A stretch of DNA of 43,919 nt from Klebsormidium nitens. Its lineage: Eukaryota; Plantae; Klebsormidiophyceae. The first letter of the stretch is position 1, and each line of letters begins with the position of its first letter. The DNA lies in the NCBI GenBank assembly GCA_000708835.1, contig DF237631.1:1-43919 (forward strand). The letters are read 5' to 3'. The notes beneath the pieces are model-generated. The model searched no databases. It had not been told where the DNA came from and saw only the letters and a program-made list of their open reading frames with translations. A program made the position numbers and the translations under genes. Shown here one piece after another: positions 23,359 to 34,269 of this stretch.

Positions 23359-25228
23359 TTATCTTCTGCAAGAGCCACCACAGGAAAATTGTCACTTTCA
23401 TATCCAGGTTGCTGGGCGAGTCAAAAGCAGCAAATTCAAAGAGCAACAATTGGGCACTGAGCACGCCCAATTTCCCCCTTGAAAAAGCACAAGGGGGAAA
23501 TGCTGCAAACACTCAAGTCGAAAGATGAGAAGAGCACGCACCTTCCCCCGCGCTTGACAGGATCAAATGTGCTAACTCCCGCGATGCCGATGGCAATTGC
23601 AGCCAGGACCGCGGCTCCACCACCCACACTAAGCAAAAGGTTCTTCAACGACGGAGAGACGCCTGGGCCAGCGGCAAAAGCGACATCGGGGATGGCGCAC
23701 ATAGCCACGAGCGCCAAGGTGGCGGGGACTGCGAGCCGGTCGACGAGAGGGACCTCTTCCTTTGGCTGTTCAGCACTGCAGGTGTACAAGGACAGCGCTC
23801 AGAAGAAACTTGAGCCCTTTGTTCTGGACCCTCCTCAGCATGCTATATTTCAGTGTTCACAAGGTAGCTGCCAGAAAAGCTTCCGCTTGCCTGTTGGCAC
23901 AGCTTTACGAAACCCCCATTTTAACTGGAATATGAAACCCTCATCTTAAAAAGTGGCGTGTGAACCCTCATTTCAACAACTGGCGTGGGCATCCTCAGTT
24001 CAACACTGGCGTATGAACCCTCAGTTCAACAGCTGGCGTGTGAGAAAACTCTTCAGTAGTGAGGCACTAGATAAACTGTCCATACGGCTGGCTGCTCAAC
24101 GTCCACTGCGCCTCAAGTGCATTCCCCAGCAGGTAACAGACGCCCGTTTATGACCATTGTTGCCCGCTGATGGATGTAGAGAGGCCAGACTCAAGCTCAG
24201 AGACTGCCTTCAGAGGCCGTACCAATGCGTTCTCTCAACTGCCGACTAGACCCCTGACCGCGGCTCTTAAGTCTTGAATGTAACCAAAGCAGTCTCGATG
24301 TTCCTAGTCGGATGTTAAACCAGCATCCCCTAGGAGAGTTGCACACATGGCGTGCTGTCAGTTTCTGTGCTCAGAGAAACCACAGGTCAACTTCAGCAGC
24401 TCTCAATATCGGTTATTGAGTAGAAAAGTGGTTGCAAATGCTTGCCCAAGAAGTGCCAGCTCGTTGCCACATACCTCATTTGAATAGCCTTTCTGCAGAC
24501 ATGGACCGAAGATTTTGATGATGTTCCTGCATCAAGAGCATACCATGTCAATTTCTCAACCAGGTCAAACACCAAATGTCAAACACCAAATGGTTTGATC
24601 ATACACACATCAGCTTACAAATGCAGAACTGGGTGACATGTGTGACATAGTAAACAAGATAGGTTGTCCTGTCCCATGCTTCAAGGATACAATGCACCGG
24701 GGCAAAGGCAGAATCGCCTTGCATTGAGAAATCTGGCAAATGCATTCAGCAACAAAACCCTGCATTCAGGCGCGGCACCTGTGCAAATGCAGTGTTCTTT
24801 GCTGCAGCTCTGAAAGGAAGGTGCAGCAAATCCACCTCTGACAGGAATGTGCAGCAAATCCATCTGGCCCTTTTCCAAATATGCTGTGGAACTATGTATG
24901 CTTGGATGAGTTCGCATAACTGCAAATATAAGCATGGGTCCACAGGGTGTTGACAACGCCTCATCCAATCTCTCAACCGAAGAATGCAATCTGCCCAGCA
25001 CGGGGCCCTTTGACATGCTGCCTCCTTCATGTGACAACACCATCCATATTAAGAGGATCTTGGGACCTGCCACAACTCACCAGCCTTCCTCAAAGCTGCT
25101 CCAGCAATGCTCCTCCTGGCTGGGAGAGCACCGGCCACTACAGGCTGTGCATACCGGGTCGCAGCAGAGGCAGTGGGAACTGCCAATGCACCTGCCAGGG
25201 GAGTGGCAATGGTAGCGACAGACGCCAT
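23359..25228 (-). CDS. PSBX: Photosystem II subunit X precursor (nuclear-encoded); middle and last exon boundaries uncertain
   Basis: Exon 23542-23775 encodes AEQPKEE..AVPATLALVAMCAIPDVAFAAGPGVSPSLKNLLLSVGGGAAVLAAIAIGIAGVSTFDPVKRG (AxA signal cleavage site plus the PsbX signature SPSLKN.L.S..FDPVKR). Exon 25081-25228 encodes an Ala/Ser/Thr/Arg-rich transit peptide MASVATIATPLAGALAV... The 31-nt middle exon 24779-24809 and terminal exon 23359-23365 are my inferences. Confidence 0.85.
23926..24043. repeat. ~27-bp minisatellite, ~4.5 degenerate copies, in a PsbX intron
   Basis: Units tggaatatgaaaccctcatcttaaaaag / tggcgtgtgaaccctcatttcaacaac / tggcgtgggcatcctcagttcaacac / tggcgtatgaaccctcagttcaacagc / tggcgtgtga, head to tail with no spacers. 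Confidence 0.85.
24815..24866. repeat. 28-bp-period tandem duplication in a PsbX intron
   Basis: aggaaggtgcagcaaatccacctctgac followed by aggaatgtgcagcaaatccatctg. Confidence 0.8.
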
Positions 25229-25393
25229 TGGCACTGACTGGGGAAACCTGCAGGGTTCGTCGAGTCAAAGCTGTTGACCTGCAAGCTTTCGTCGCCCAAC
25301 AAACTCGCAGACAAGGACACAAAGCTCCTCAACAAGAATGCTGCCTGCGAACGCAGTCCTGGTGTTTCTCTTGGGGCAGAGGACCAGAGGTTC

Positions 25394-25485
25394 CACGTGA
25401 GGCTGCTGGGAGTCGGGTCGCTCCGTAGTGGATAAGATCTCCCGCGGTGAGATCTGGATTGGCCATCACGAGCTTTCTGACCAAT
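25394..25485 (-). promoter_or_regulatory. Cluster of light-response-type motifs upstream of PsbX (G-box, I-box, two CCAAT)
   Basis: CACGTG 25394-25399, GATAAG 25431-25436, ATTGG 25458-25462 and CCAAT 25481-25485 lie 170-260 bp upstream of the PsbX ATG. The motifs are short and their function is known from land plants only. Confidence 0.35.
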
Positions 25486-25810
25486 CACAGCCACGCACGA
25501 CGAGATGCCTGGGCACATGTGGTTCACGAGAAATTCAGCAGGAGGAAGCCGTATAGCGCTGACGCACAAACAAAAGTACCCAAGTACCGTGTGTCAACCG
25601 TCCGATGAGATCTCCGTGTCAAGCGTCTCGGTTCAACAAAGCGTGGCCTAATTGAAAGACGCGCGAGTTCAATTTACAATGGGAGCCTTTCAAGATCTTT
25701 TCATGATTGCTGGAGCAGGACGTATTAGTGAGGAATGACATCTGAGGTGCTGTGGCCTTCACATACAACATTGAGTTGGCTTGGCCAACGATTGTCGTGT
25801 TATATGATAA

Positions 25811-25833
25811 TATTGTTATTGTTATTGTTATTG
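25811..25833. repeat. (TATTGT)n microsatellite, ~4 units
   Basis: tattgt tattgt tattgt tattg, read directly. Confidence 0.85.
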
Positions 25834-27008
25834 CGGCCTGCAGTGGGAGCCTGGAGCCTGCATGGGAGTCTAGGACGTTCGCCGTTCTGTGATTTCAGTG
25901 CCACGGCTAGTAGGGCCGGCTTCCAAATCTCTTGACAATGATGGCTATTACATAATAGTATGGTGGACGCAACGGGTACTTTCCGATTGACAACTAAGAA
26001 ATTCGTGCGTTGCTTCAATACACATGACAGCCGCCAAGCTCGTCCGAGCAGATTATCAAAGCCGCCCAGATTGAATCTTCATACCGGTACTCGGTGAAAC
26101 GCGCTCTGTCACTCCATATATTAAGCCCTTGCTTGGGGGTAATATGCATATCATAATCTATTACAAACTGCAGACACGCATAAGTAGCTGCAACATCTGA
26201 GTTTGGAAAACGTAGGACAATAATCCGAAGCTCCGGTTCATTCATTAGGGAAGAGCTCGAAACAAGTTGCATGCTAGCAAGTTAGCTTATGCGGTTTCAT
26301 TTCAGACCAGCTAGGGCAGATTGATTGAGACGCTGCCATCTCAACCATCAAGTTTCACAATGTTGCACGCGAGCTACCTAACCAATATCGGTTCACATAC
26401 TGCACCATGGTCTTCGACATGAGAGAGTTTTCATTGAGATGACGATAGAGCGTATGCCGCTGATCGGAATACATGACTACCTGACCACAAACGTACATGA
26501 TTCGACCTCTGCGCGGATTTCCGCGGATTTGAAACCAACCTAAAGATTTTCAAAGGCAACCTTTGAAAATCTAAGAAGAAAGGGGAAAGGCTTGCAATTT
26601 CAAAGCGCTTGAATGATTGTTCAAGAGAACAACTGACCAAGTGATAAGGTCTACATGAAAAAGGTCCGGACTAGTCATTAGCTTCAAGCCAGAATCGCCT
26701 TGTTCTAACTAGTAGCGATGTTGTCCTTCCATTCAAAATTTTGGCCATGCTGACAGGATTACTTGCTGCAAATAGGAAATCAACTGTAAACAGACAAAAG
26801 CCAGACACGATCAATGATGAGCTTGTGGAGGGGTAAGAGAAGCCACTGTGATTACGCGAAGGAAGAAGGTATCTCGCACAATTAAAGGCCCGGTAGTCCA
26901 TCATTTCTTGAGTGCCGATCAGCTGCGCTTGCCATGTGCATGACCGATGTGTGTTCTGCAGCCAGACCCAAAGGTCTCTGGTGACCCGAGCCGTCTCTTC
27001 TCAAGGCC

Positions 27009-30000
27009 TCAGGGTGACGTTCCCAGCCCTCCCGCCAGTCGATGCACGATGCGCGCCACCTCGTTCGCCAAGCTGGCCGCCTGCTCCCGCATCGCTGCCT
27101 CGGCGTACACTCGCACTACGTTCTCGGTGCCCGACGGCCGCACAAAGGCCCGCCCTTGCGACACTCCGGCTGCACGCGGGGGGATCCCCAGCCTGGCTCA
27201 GCCACGGCACAAAGGCGACGCCACAGAGATTCCACTCTCGCATGCCCTCCTCCAGGTGGCCTTGTCCGGACGTCAGCTTTGGGCAATGCCTTGAACTTCA
27301 ATATCAATCAATTTGAAGATGCCTCATTGACGGTGGAAGGCCAGGCGGCTTGCACGTGCCGTGCAACAGCCGTCCGTCCCTCTGGATAATATCAATGTTC
27401 AAGTTACGCAACGCATGTTTAGGACAATCAACTGCAAGACATTCCCAAACTTGAACCACGGGTTTCTCCGCCGTGTCCCCTTCCTGCCGCACCCCCTGCT
27501 GCCCCCACTAAGGGCAGTCCGACCCCGCCCGTCGAAGAACGACACTTGAGCATGGCCGCGGGGAGCCGGCAAGGGCTGCGGCCCAGATGCACACATCGCA
27601 GAACAGGGCCGCCCACTCACCCACGCACGCGTCGATCGCGTCCTGCAGGCCAGCCGGGGTCACTGCGCGCGTCTCCGCGTGTGAGGTGGTAATGACGGAG
27701 CGATCGTGAACCGTCACCTGATAAGAGACGGGGCGAATCAGTCTGCTGCTCTGCCAGTCAGAAGTACCCCAAAAAGAGCGCCCTCAGCGCAACGTGAGCC
27801 TCTCCTTACCGGAGGGGAACCCTGGCGCACACGACCGGCCAGGAATACGGCGGCACCCGAGCCGAAGAAGGTCCACGCGTGCTGGCGCATGGGCGGAGGG
27901 GGGTGGCGGGGGCCACGCACCTTGAGCTGGCGGCTGGGCAGGTCGGTGTAGAGCGCGTCCCAGTCCGCGGTGCTCCACCGCCGTGACGCCAGCACCGCCT
28001 CCACCAACAGCAGCCCGCTCAGCGCGTCGCCCACCGCCTGGTTCACAGTGCCAGCCAGTGCCAGCAAACGTCGCACCGCCGTGTGGCGCTCAGGGGCCCC
28101 TTCCAGCTTGGACTGCGCGCAAGAGAACGGGCAGGTGGGGACGGAACATCAGCGCTATCTGAGTCGAGCAAAAGCGCTGAGGCCGACAGGCTGGGCCAGG
28201 AGGGCGACCGCGATTGACCAGAAGGGCATACTGTGCGGGTATCTCGACAGGCAAAGGCTGCGGCAGGACGGCCGAAAAGAGGGGTCAGCAGAGACAGCTT
28301 GTGCTGCCTGGGGCCCCAGGGGTGGCCGCGCCACGCCGCCCCGGCGGGGCCCTGACCTGCTGGTGCAGCCACTCCAGGAGGGCGGCGCTGAGGAGCACGG
28401 TGCCATGCCCGTTGGCCTCGAAGTAGATGCCCACGTCGAACTGCACTGCCACCTCGTGCAAGTACTTGACGCCCGTCGCCGTGCGTGCCACCTGCAGCCA
28501 CGCACACCGCCCCGTCAGGCTGGCCGTGCGGGCTACCCTGCTGCTGCGGGCTCATGCCTAGTGTCAAGGCGCAGCCTTGCTGGTCTTCACAGGCTTCGAC
28601 GGGGGCCTTGCTACGCTGTGCCGCACCTCGAGCTGCAGCCCGTTGCGGAGGTAATCCGTGGCCGCCCCGTTTGCGTACGCGGTCTGCACCACGCCCACAC
28701 GCCAGCGCCGCCCCTCGTCTCCCAATGCCTGCAGCTGCTCGTTCACAAACCCCGCTGCCAGCACGGCGATCTTGTCTCCGTCCAGCAGCTTGAAGCCCCC
28801 CTCCTCGTCGCAGTGGTAGAACACCACCCGGTCCGCATCGCCGTCCAGGCTGGCCCCCCGCCCCGCGCGCAACTCGTCCAGAGTCACCCCCGCAGGTGGC
28901 GCCTGCTCCTTCTGCACGAAGTCGGCCCCGCAGCCCGCGTTGAGGCGGCCCTCCCCCGGCTGCCCGCTGTTGCGCACGCGGAAGGCCAGCCCCGTGTCAG
29001 CCAGCAGCGCCCCCAGCCGCTCCACTTTGGCTGCACCCACGCCGTTGGCGCCGTCCACCAGGAGGGGGGCCAAAGGGGGCCGGCCAGCGCCTGCCAACAG
29101 GAGGAGCTCCCTGCATCAGAAGCAGGGGGAGGAGTGGGGCTCGCTCCGCAGGACTGCACGAGTTCGGATAGCCAAGCCCCAGCCCAAAGGCGATACAGGC
29201 GGGAGGGCCACAGGAGGGGGCCCTGTAGCGACTGCACAGGGCCCGTGGTTACCTAGGCCGCAAGAAGCCCAGCCCACTTGCCGCGCCTGCCCAGCAGATC
29301 TGCCCTGCCAAGCATCCTCGGGATAATGCCCCCCCGCTCTCAACCGCCTGGCGCAGGCTCAGGCAGTGGGCACAGGCAAGTCTGGGCGGCAATACCTGAA
29401 GCCCGCAGCCAAAGTGCGGAAGTAGTCCTGCTCCGTTGCGGCCTCCGCGCGGTTGGTGGCGCGCACCATCCAGTGCAGCTGCGGCGTCGTCAGCACTCCG
29501 CGGTCCTCTACCGTTGCACCCACTGCAGCGATGCCCTGCACCGCATGCGCACCGTCAGCAGGGGGCTGCCGAGCCAGGCCTAGGCACTCAGCTAGGGACG
29601 GGTGGACATTCGGCCAGCTAGGAAGGGCCAGCAGTGTGTATTGCCAGGGCACACCCCGCGGCAGCCGCTCCCTCCATTCGGGGCCCAGGGACCCTGACGC
29701 CCAGCCGCCACAGTGGAGGTAGGGCAGCCCTCACCTGTGTGGCAGCGTGCGCCAGCGCGGGGCCGCTGGGCCGCGTGTCGCGAGCCAGGAGGACAGTGCC
29801 GGAGGGGGCCTGCGCAGGGATGCCCTCCCGCACAGCCAGCTGCTGCACCGCCTGAAGGGGGGGGGAAGCGCTCGTCAACATCAGTGGGGGGCCGCAGACC
29901 GGCAGCAGACTGGCGCAGCGGGTGTCATTCACGGGCAGGGCAGACAACGTTAGCGGCGCCCTAAGCTCGATATGCTAAAGTTCTCCAAGTTGGACATGGT

Positions 30001-30732
30001 GGCTGACCTCGGCAAGAGCTTCTGAGGTGGGGGCGTTGGCGAGCGCGGTGGCGGCCGCCTCCCAGTCCCGCAGCAGCATGCCGCCATTAGGATCTGCTAC
30101 CTGGACGTAGGAGGGGGCCGCACATCAGGGGACAGCAGTGCAAGGAGGGCACGGCGAGTCAGCGCGCCAGCAGGGGCAGAGGGACACGGTGATGCCAAGT
30201 CAGAAGGGCTGATCAGCTCAATGGGGCAGATCGTCACACTTGGCAGCTCAGGGTGGTTGCCAAACAAGCCTCATAGGCACACACCGCCATTGCTCAGAGA
30301 TGTGTGTGCCAGCTGATTGGGTGGCACCCTGCAGTACCTTGATTCCGTTGTCTCCCTCCGGGTTGTGGCTGGCCGTGATGACGAGGCCTGTGACTGCGCC
30401 CGTCTGCCGTGAGCGCAGCGCCGCCAGCACCCCGGTGCGGAACACGGTGGAGGGCAGGGTGGACGCCTCCGCGCGGAAGCCAGCAGTGCCGTAGTCAATG
30501 GCCAAGCCTGGGGAGAGGGGGGCAAGACGATGTAAGGGGACTGGGCGCGGCGCTCAAAAACCGCACACAATGGTGATGCTTCCAAGACGCGTAGAAACAC
30601 CCCAACTGGTGTGCCCAGCCCCATTGCTGCTCAGAGCTGTGCGACTCAGTGGTGGCAAGCAACTAGGCGGAACGTCTCACCAGGCGGTATGGGGTACAAA
30701 TTTGCCGCCTGTTCCAGGGAAGCCATCACCAT
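27009..30732 (-). CDS. PGM3: Phosphoacetylglucosamine mutase (AGM1/PGM3/DRT101 family), 10 exons
   Basis: Exons 30681-30732 (extendable in frame to ATG 30855), 30338-30507, 30008-30100, 29735-29851, 29396-29535, 28627-29110, 28357-28491, 27921-28112, 27621-27717, 27009-27169. Motifs YGTAGFR, catalytic TASHNP, RDTRPS, TTPQLHW, DGANGVG, metal loop [53 protein letters not shown]. Confidence 0.96.
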
Positions 30733-31752
30733 CCTTGCTGATAACTTGGTGGTGCGCTGGCTGGAGGTACAACTGAATGCGAGCCTCTTCAAGGGGAACT
30801 TTAATTGTGAAAGGGGGCAGGCACGCAATGGCTCAGCATACACAGCGGCGCGCATTGGACAGGCCTAAAGTGTAAACTTCTGCCCAGTTTTTGGATGATA
30901 CGCATCCTGCAGCGTCATCAGCCCCAGATCAAGCACAGCTGCACACGGAACAAAGAAGCCTTGGACTTGAAAGAAGCGAATCCTAGCCGCCAAGACAGGA
31001 ATTGCAAGCAATGTGAAACTTGAAGTTGAAGAAGTTCAAAGCCATCGGGCAAAGTGAATTTCTGTATAATATCGTTAACGGCTGCTAAACCCGCACGTGG
31101 ATCATGAAATGCAGTCTTCATTGAAAGTATTCTCTAAACCCTTGCCTTGGGTAGTCGAGTTACCCGCACGAAGCTGGAGAAGAAGGTACTGGTTCAGGAT
31201 ATTTGAATCAGGGCGCACACAAATCCCCATGCACGGAGTTGTCAAGTTTCCTTGCAGGGGCGCTATTAGTATTAGGCCGAGGCAAGCTTTGCCGGGCGCA
31301 GGGGTAGTGCAACACCTTGATCCATTGTTGGTCCGGTGGTAGGTCAGATTGAGATGCACCCAGCCGGCCCAGGATTTAGACACCTAAAAGTAGGTTAGAC
31401 TCGCAGAGAGGCGCTCATTGATGGTTGAGTGGTAACAAAGTAAAGAACACCTCTTGCCGTGTTTTCCAGAGTTGGCCCTTTCCCACTTGCCATGTTGGGT
31501 GCACCGACCCGGGTCCTGGAGGTAGTCAAGAAGCAGACAGGTAAAGCGGCCACCAGCGCCTTTCTCTCGTCATTGTGGCGTTGGTTTGTATGCTGCTTGC
31601 GCTCTTTGTTAGGAAGATGCAATCAAACAAGGGAGATCTGGCAGTGGCCGCTTTGTTTCAGCTCGCAGCTACCACATTGGGCTGCACAGCTGCAATTAGA
31701 TGTTTGTTTGTTGCCCATGCGGACAGGTGGCTTGCTGTGGAAGGTGCAGCGC

Positions 31753-31911
31753 ATGACCAAGACGCGGCGCGCCAACGCCAAGGCCCGCCACGCCCGCACG
31801 CACCAGGTCGAGGACATCCTGAGGGCCTGCGCCCAGGAGCCGCAGCCAGACACCACCCCCGCCCCACCAGCAGGCACTGCAGAAGTGTCCGCCGGTACGA
31901 AATCGGAGTAG
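31753..31911 (+). other. 52-codon ORF in frame with, and 30 nt upstream of, the RETICULATA-like CDS (uORF or extra N-terminal exon)
   Basis: MTKTRRANAKARHARTHQVEDILRACAQEPQPDTTPAPPAGTAEVSAGTKSE*. Codons are GC3-rich like neighbouring exons. Its ATG is 189 nt (63 codons) before ATG 31942. Confidence 0.35.
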
Positions 31912-31941
31912 GCGGCAGCGCTCTGCTTCCCAGCTCTCCCT

Positions 31942-34269
31942 ATGGCTCAGTGCGTTGCTGCCACCGCTGGCGCCCGCACGCTGGGCGGTTGCCACTTGCG
32001 GGAAGTAGACGTAGAGGCCTCCTGGAGAGTGTCTGCGGGCTTGCGGGCCGCAGCCTTGCCGTGTGCTCGTCTTGGCAGCCAGCCCGGCTCAGGAGCAACG
32101 GTGTGCGCAGAGGCAAGGTCGCTGCTTGGGGCGCCATTGTCAGCAGGTGCAGAGGTTGGAGGGACACGATGGAGGGGTGGTCGCAACGCCACAGTCAGCG
32201 CGGCTAGCAGCAGCCCTGGCCTGGCGGGGAGCGGAGGGGGAGGAGACCGGGGGCCAGGGAGGGGGCGGGGATACGGCGGTGGTGGGGATGGCAACAAGGA
32301 TGAGGATGACAGCAGCGCTGATGTCAGGATTGGGCAGCAGAGCGGGGTGGTGCATCAGCTGCGGCGCGGGCTGCAGGAGCGGCTCGAGGTGGACCCCGAC
32401 TTTGTGTTCAAGCTGGGCGTGGAGTGCATGAACGACGCGGGGATCATCCTGGCGGTGAGGCCCCACCCAGTTGGAGCACCACCAGGCGGCTTTGGGATCA
32501 GTCAGCCGCCTTGTAGGTGTGCGCTGTGCTGCCAGATCTCCAGTACTGACAAGTGACCAATCGGATCGTCTCTTCTGCCAGGTGAACTACCTTCAACGGG
32601 GCAAGCGATTCTTCAGCGAGCTGGAGTTTGTCATCTGGTAAGCGATGCGGGACCCGCCACGAGGCTTGGGTGCTCCTGTCCTGCACGTGCGGCGGTGCTG
32701 TCTGAGCCAGTTTGCGCTCGCGCCCGCCCACCTGGTGCCTCTGCCAGCTGCTCGCGCCTGACTAGGGCCCGAGCCCTCTCTGCCCTGCTGCACCTCTAGT
32801 CAACCCCTTGCCCTGTGCCCCACCGCGGCTGACGTGTTGTTGCGGCCGTGCGCAGCCAGCTGGCGTGCAGCTTGCTGTGCGACATGACGCTGGTGTACCT
32901 GCTGGCGCCCCTCCCCGTCGCCTCTGCTGCCACGCTGGCCGCCTCGTCCGCCATCGCCCGCCTCCCGCAGCACATGTTCCAGAGGGGGCCCTTCACCCTC
33001 GCGCAGAGGGCCGGGTGAGGGCCCACGCGCACTCTCTGCAAGCCCCATCATCCGATGTCCGCCTGCAGGGCCTCCCTTGCTCAGGCCGCTGCCGTCCTGG
33101 CCATCCCTGCTTCTGACGTGGCGTGTGTGCTTTGCGTGCGTGCAGGTGTTACGTGTACAAGGGCGTGCTGTACGGCCTCATTGGCTGCGTCAACGGGGGA
33201 GCTGGCACGGCCCTGGTGCACGCCCTCACGGCCGCGCGCGAACAGGTGACGGCCTGCCCCTTACTCTCCTGCCGCCAGCCCCGGCTGCTGCCCTGCGCGG
33301 CGCGGCCTCTCTGCCTGCCTGGAGCGGTTGCGCGCCATGGCTCTCCGTCCTGCAAGGGCTGACGCTGTGCTATATCCTGGGGTGCAGGTGGACCCTGCGT
33401 ATGTCCCCCCCGCGACCACGAACCCCATCGGCAAGTCCATGCTGCTCTGGACGGCCTACCTCGGACTGTCTTCCAACACGCGGTGAGCTCCCCGCCCCAG
33501 GCTGTCTGTGAATGCCGCAGATCGTCACCAGGAGCTGCGCGACAGTCAACCGCTTCTGTCAGCGGAGTGTAAGAGATTGGACTGGCTGGGACTTAGGTCG
33601 GATCTGGGTTGCCACTGTTTACCCTTTGACGCAAAAGATGGACGTCAATATTTGTTGTTGCCGAAGGGTTTGGCCCTGTTTGACCCAAACCCTTCGCAAA
33701 ACCGTCTTCAGACGCGATGGAGCTGCCCATGCCTGACGTTGCAGACTGGGGTCGTTATGTGAAGATCGGACGGCTCCGACACGATTTTGGCCCTTGTGAA
33801 TTTCTGCGATTTGCCTTCTGTCCTGCTGTACTGCCTCACATGCCCCGTCGCCGCGTGCCCCTCTCACCTCCCACTTGCGCTTGCGTGGCAGGTACCAGCT
33901 CGTGAACGGGCTGGAGCAGGTCTTGTACGGCGTCTTCTCGCAGCACCTTGGCGTGGCGCGCGCCGCCACCATAGCCATGCGCCTTGGGAACAACTTCCTG
34001 GGATCAGTGAGCCCCCCCATCTATGTACATGCATCTGGCTCAGATTGACACATATTTCCGTACTTGGAGTGCACACAAACCTCCATGCATTGCCCGGGGT
34101 TTCAAATGCCTCCATGGTGCAGGCCGAACGGGGTGCCTGGCTGGGGCGCTGCTGGCTGTGACGTGTTGTGTTCCGGCGTGTGCAGCTCAACTACGTGTGG
34201 CTCGCCCAGGCGACTCAGCTGGCCGTGCCCCGCCTGCCCCGTCGGAAGCTGGCTGCACCCGTAGCTTGA
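31942..34269 (+). CDS. RETICULATA-related chloroplast envelope protein (DUF3411), 7 exons
   Basis: Exons 31942-32454, 32582-32637, 32856-33014, 33146-33245, 33388-33482, 33892-34006, 34186-34269, phases consistent. Transit-like N-terminus and a Gly-rich GGGGD..GGGGDGNKDEDD tract, then GLQERLEVDPDFVFKLGVEC, ELEFV, LVYLLAP, HMFQRGPFTLAQR, YKGVLYG, YLGLSSNTRYQLVNGLE, RLGNNFLG. Paralogue (RER1-6) not assignable. Confidence 0.92.

Noticed and set aside
23926-24043. 27-bp repeats as a CRISPR array
   Set aside because: Units abut with no unique spacers, lie in an intron of a eukaryotic gene, and no cas-like ORF is present.
27970-29256. 428-aa plus-strand ORF as an overlapping antisense gene
   Set aside because: It shadows PGM3 exons 6-8 and their GC-rich introns. 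Long stop-free antisense frames are expected at this GC content, and there is no recognisable domain.
31909-31911. Reassigned TAG (TAR = Gln nuclear code of some ulvophyte algae) as the explanation for the in-frame stop
   Set aside because: POLD2 and QSOX end in TAG and TMEM33 in TAA at family-typical C-termini, and no TAR codon occurs inside any modelled exon.
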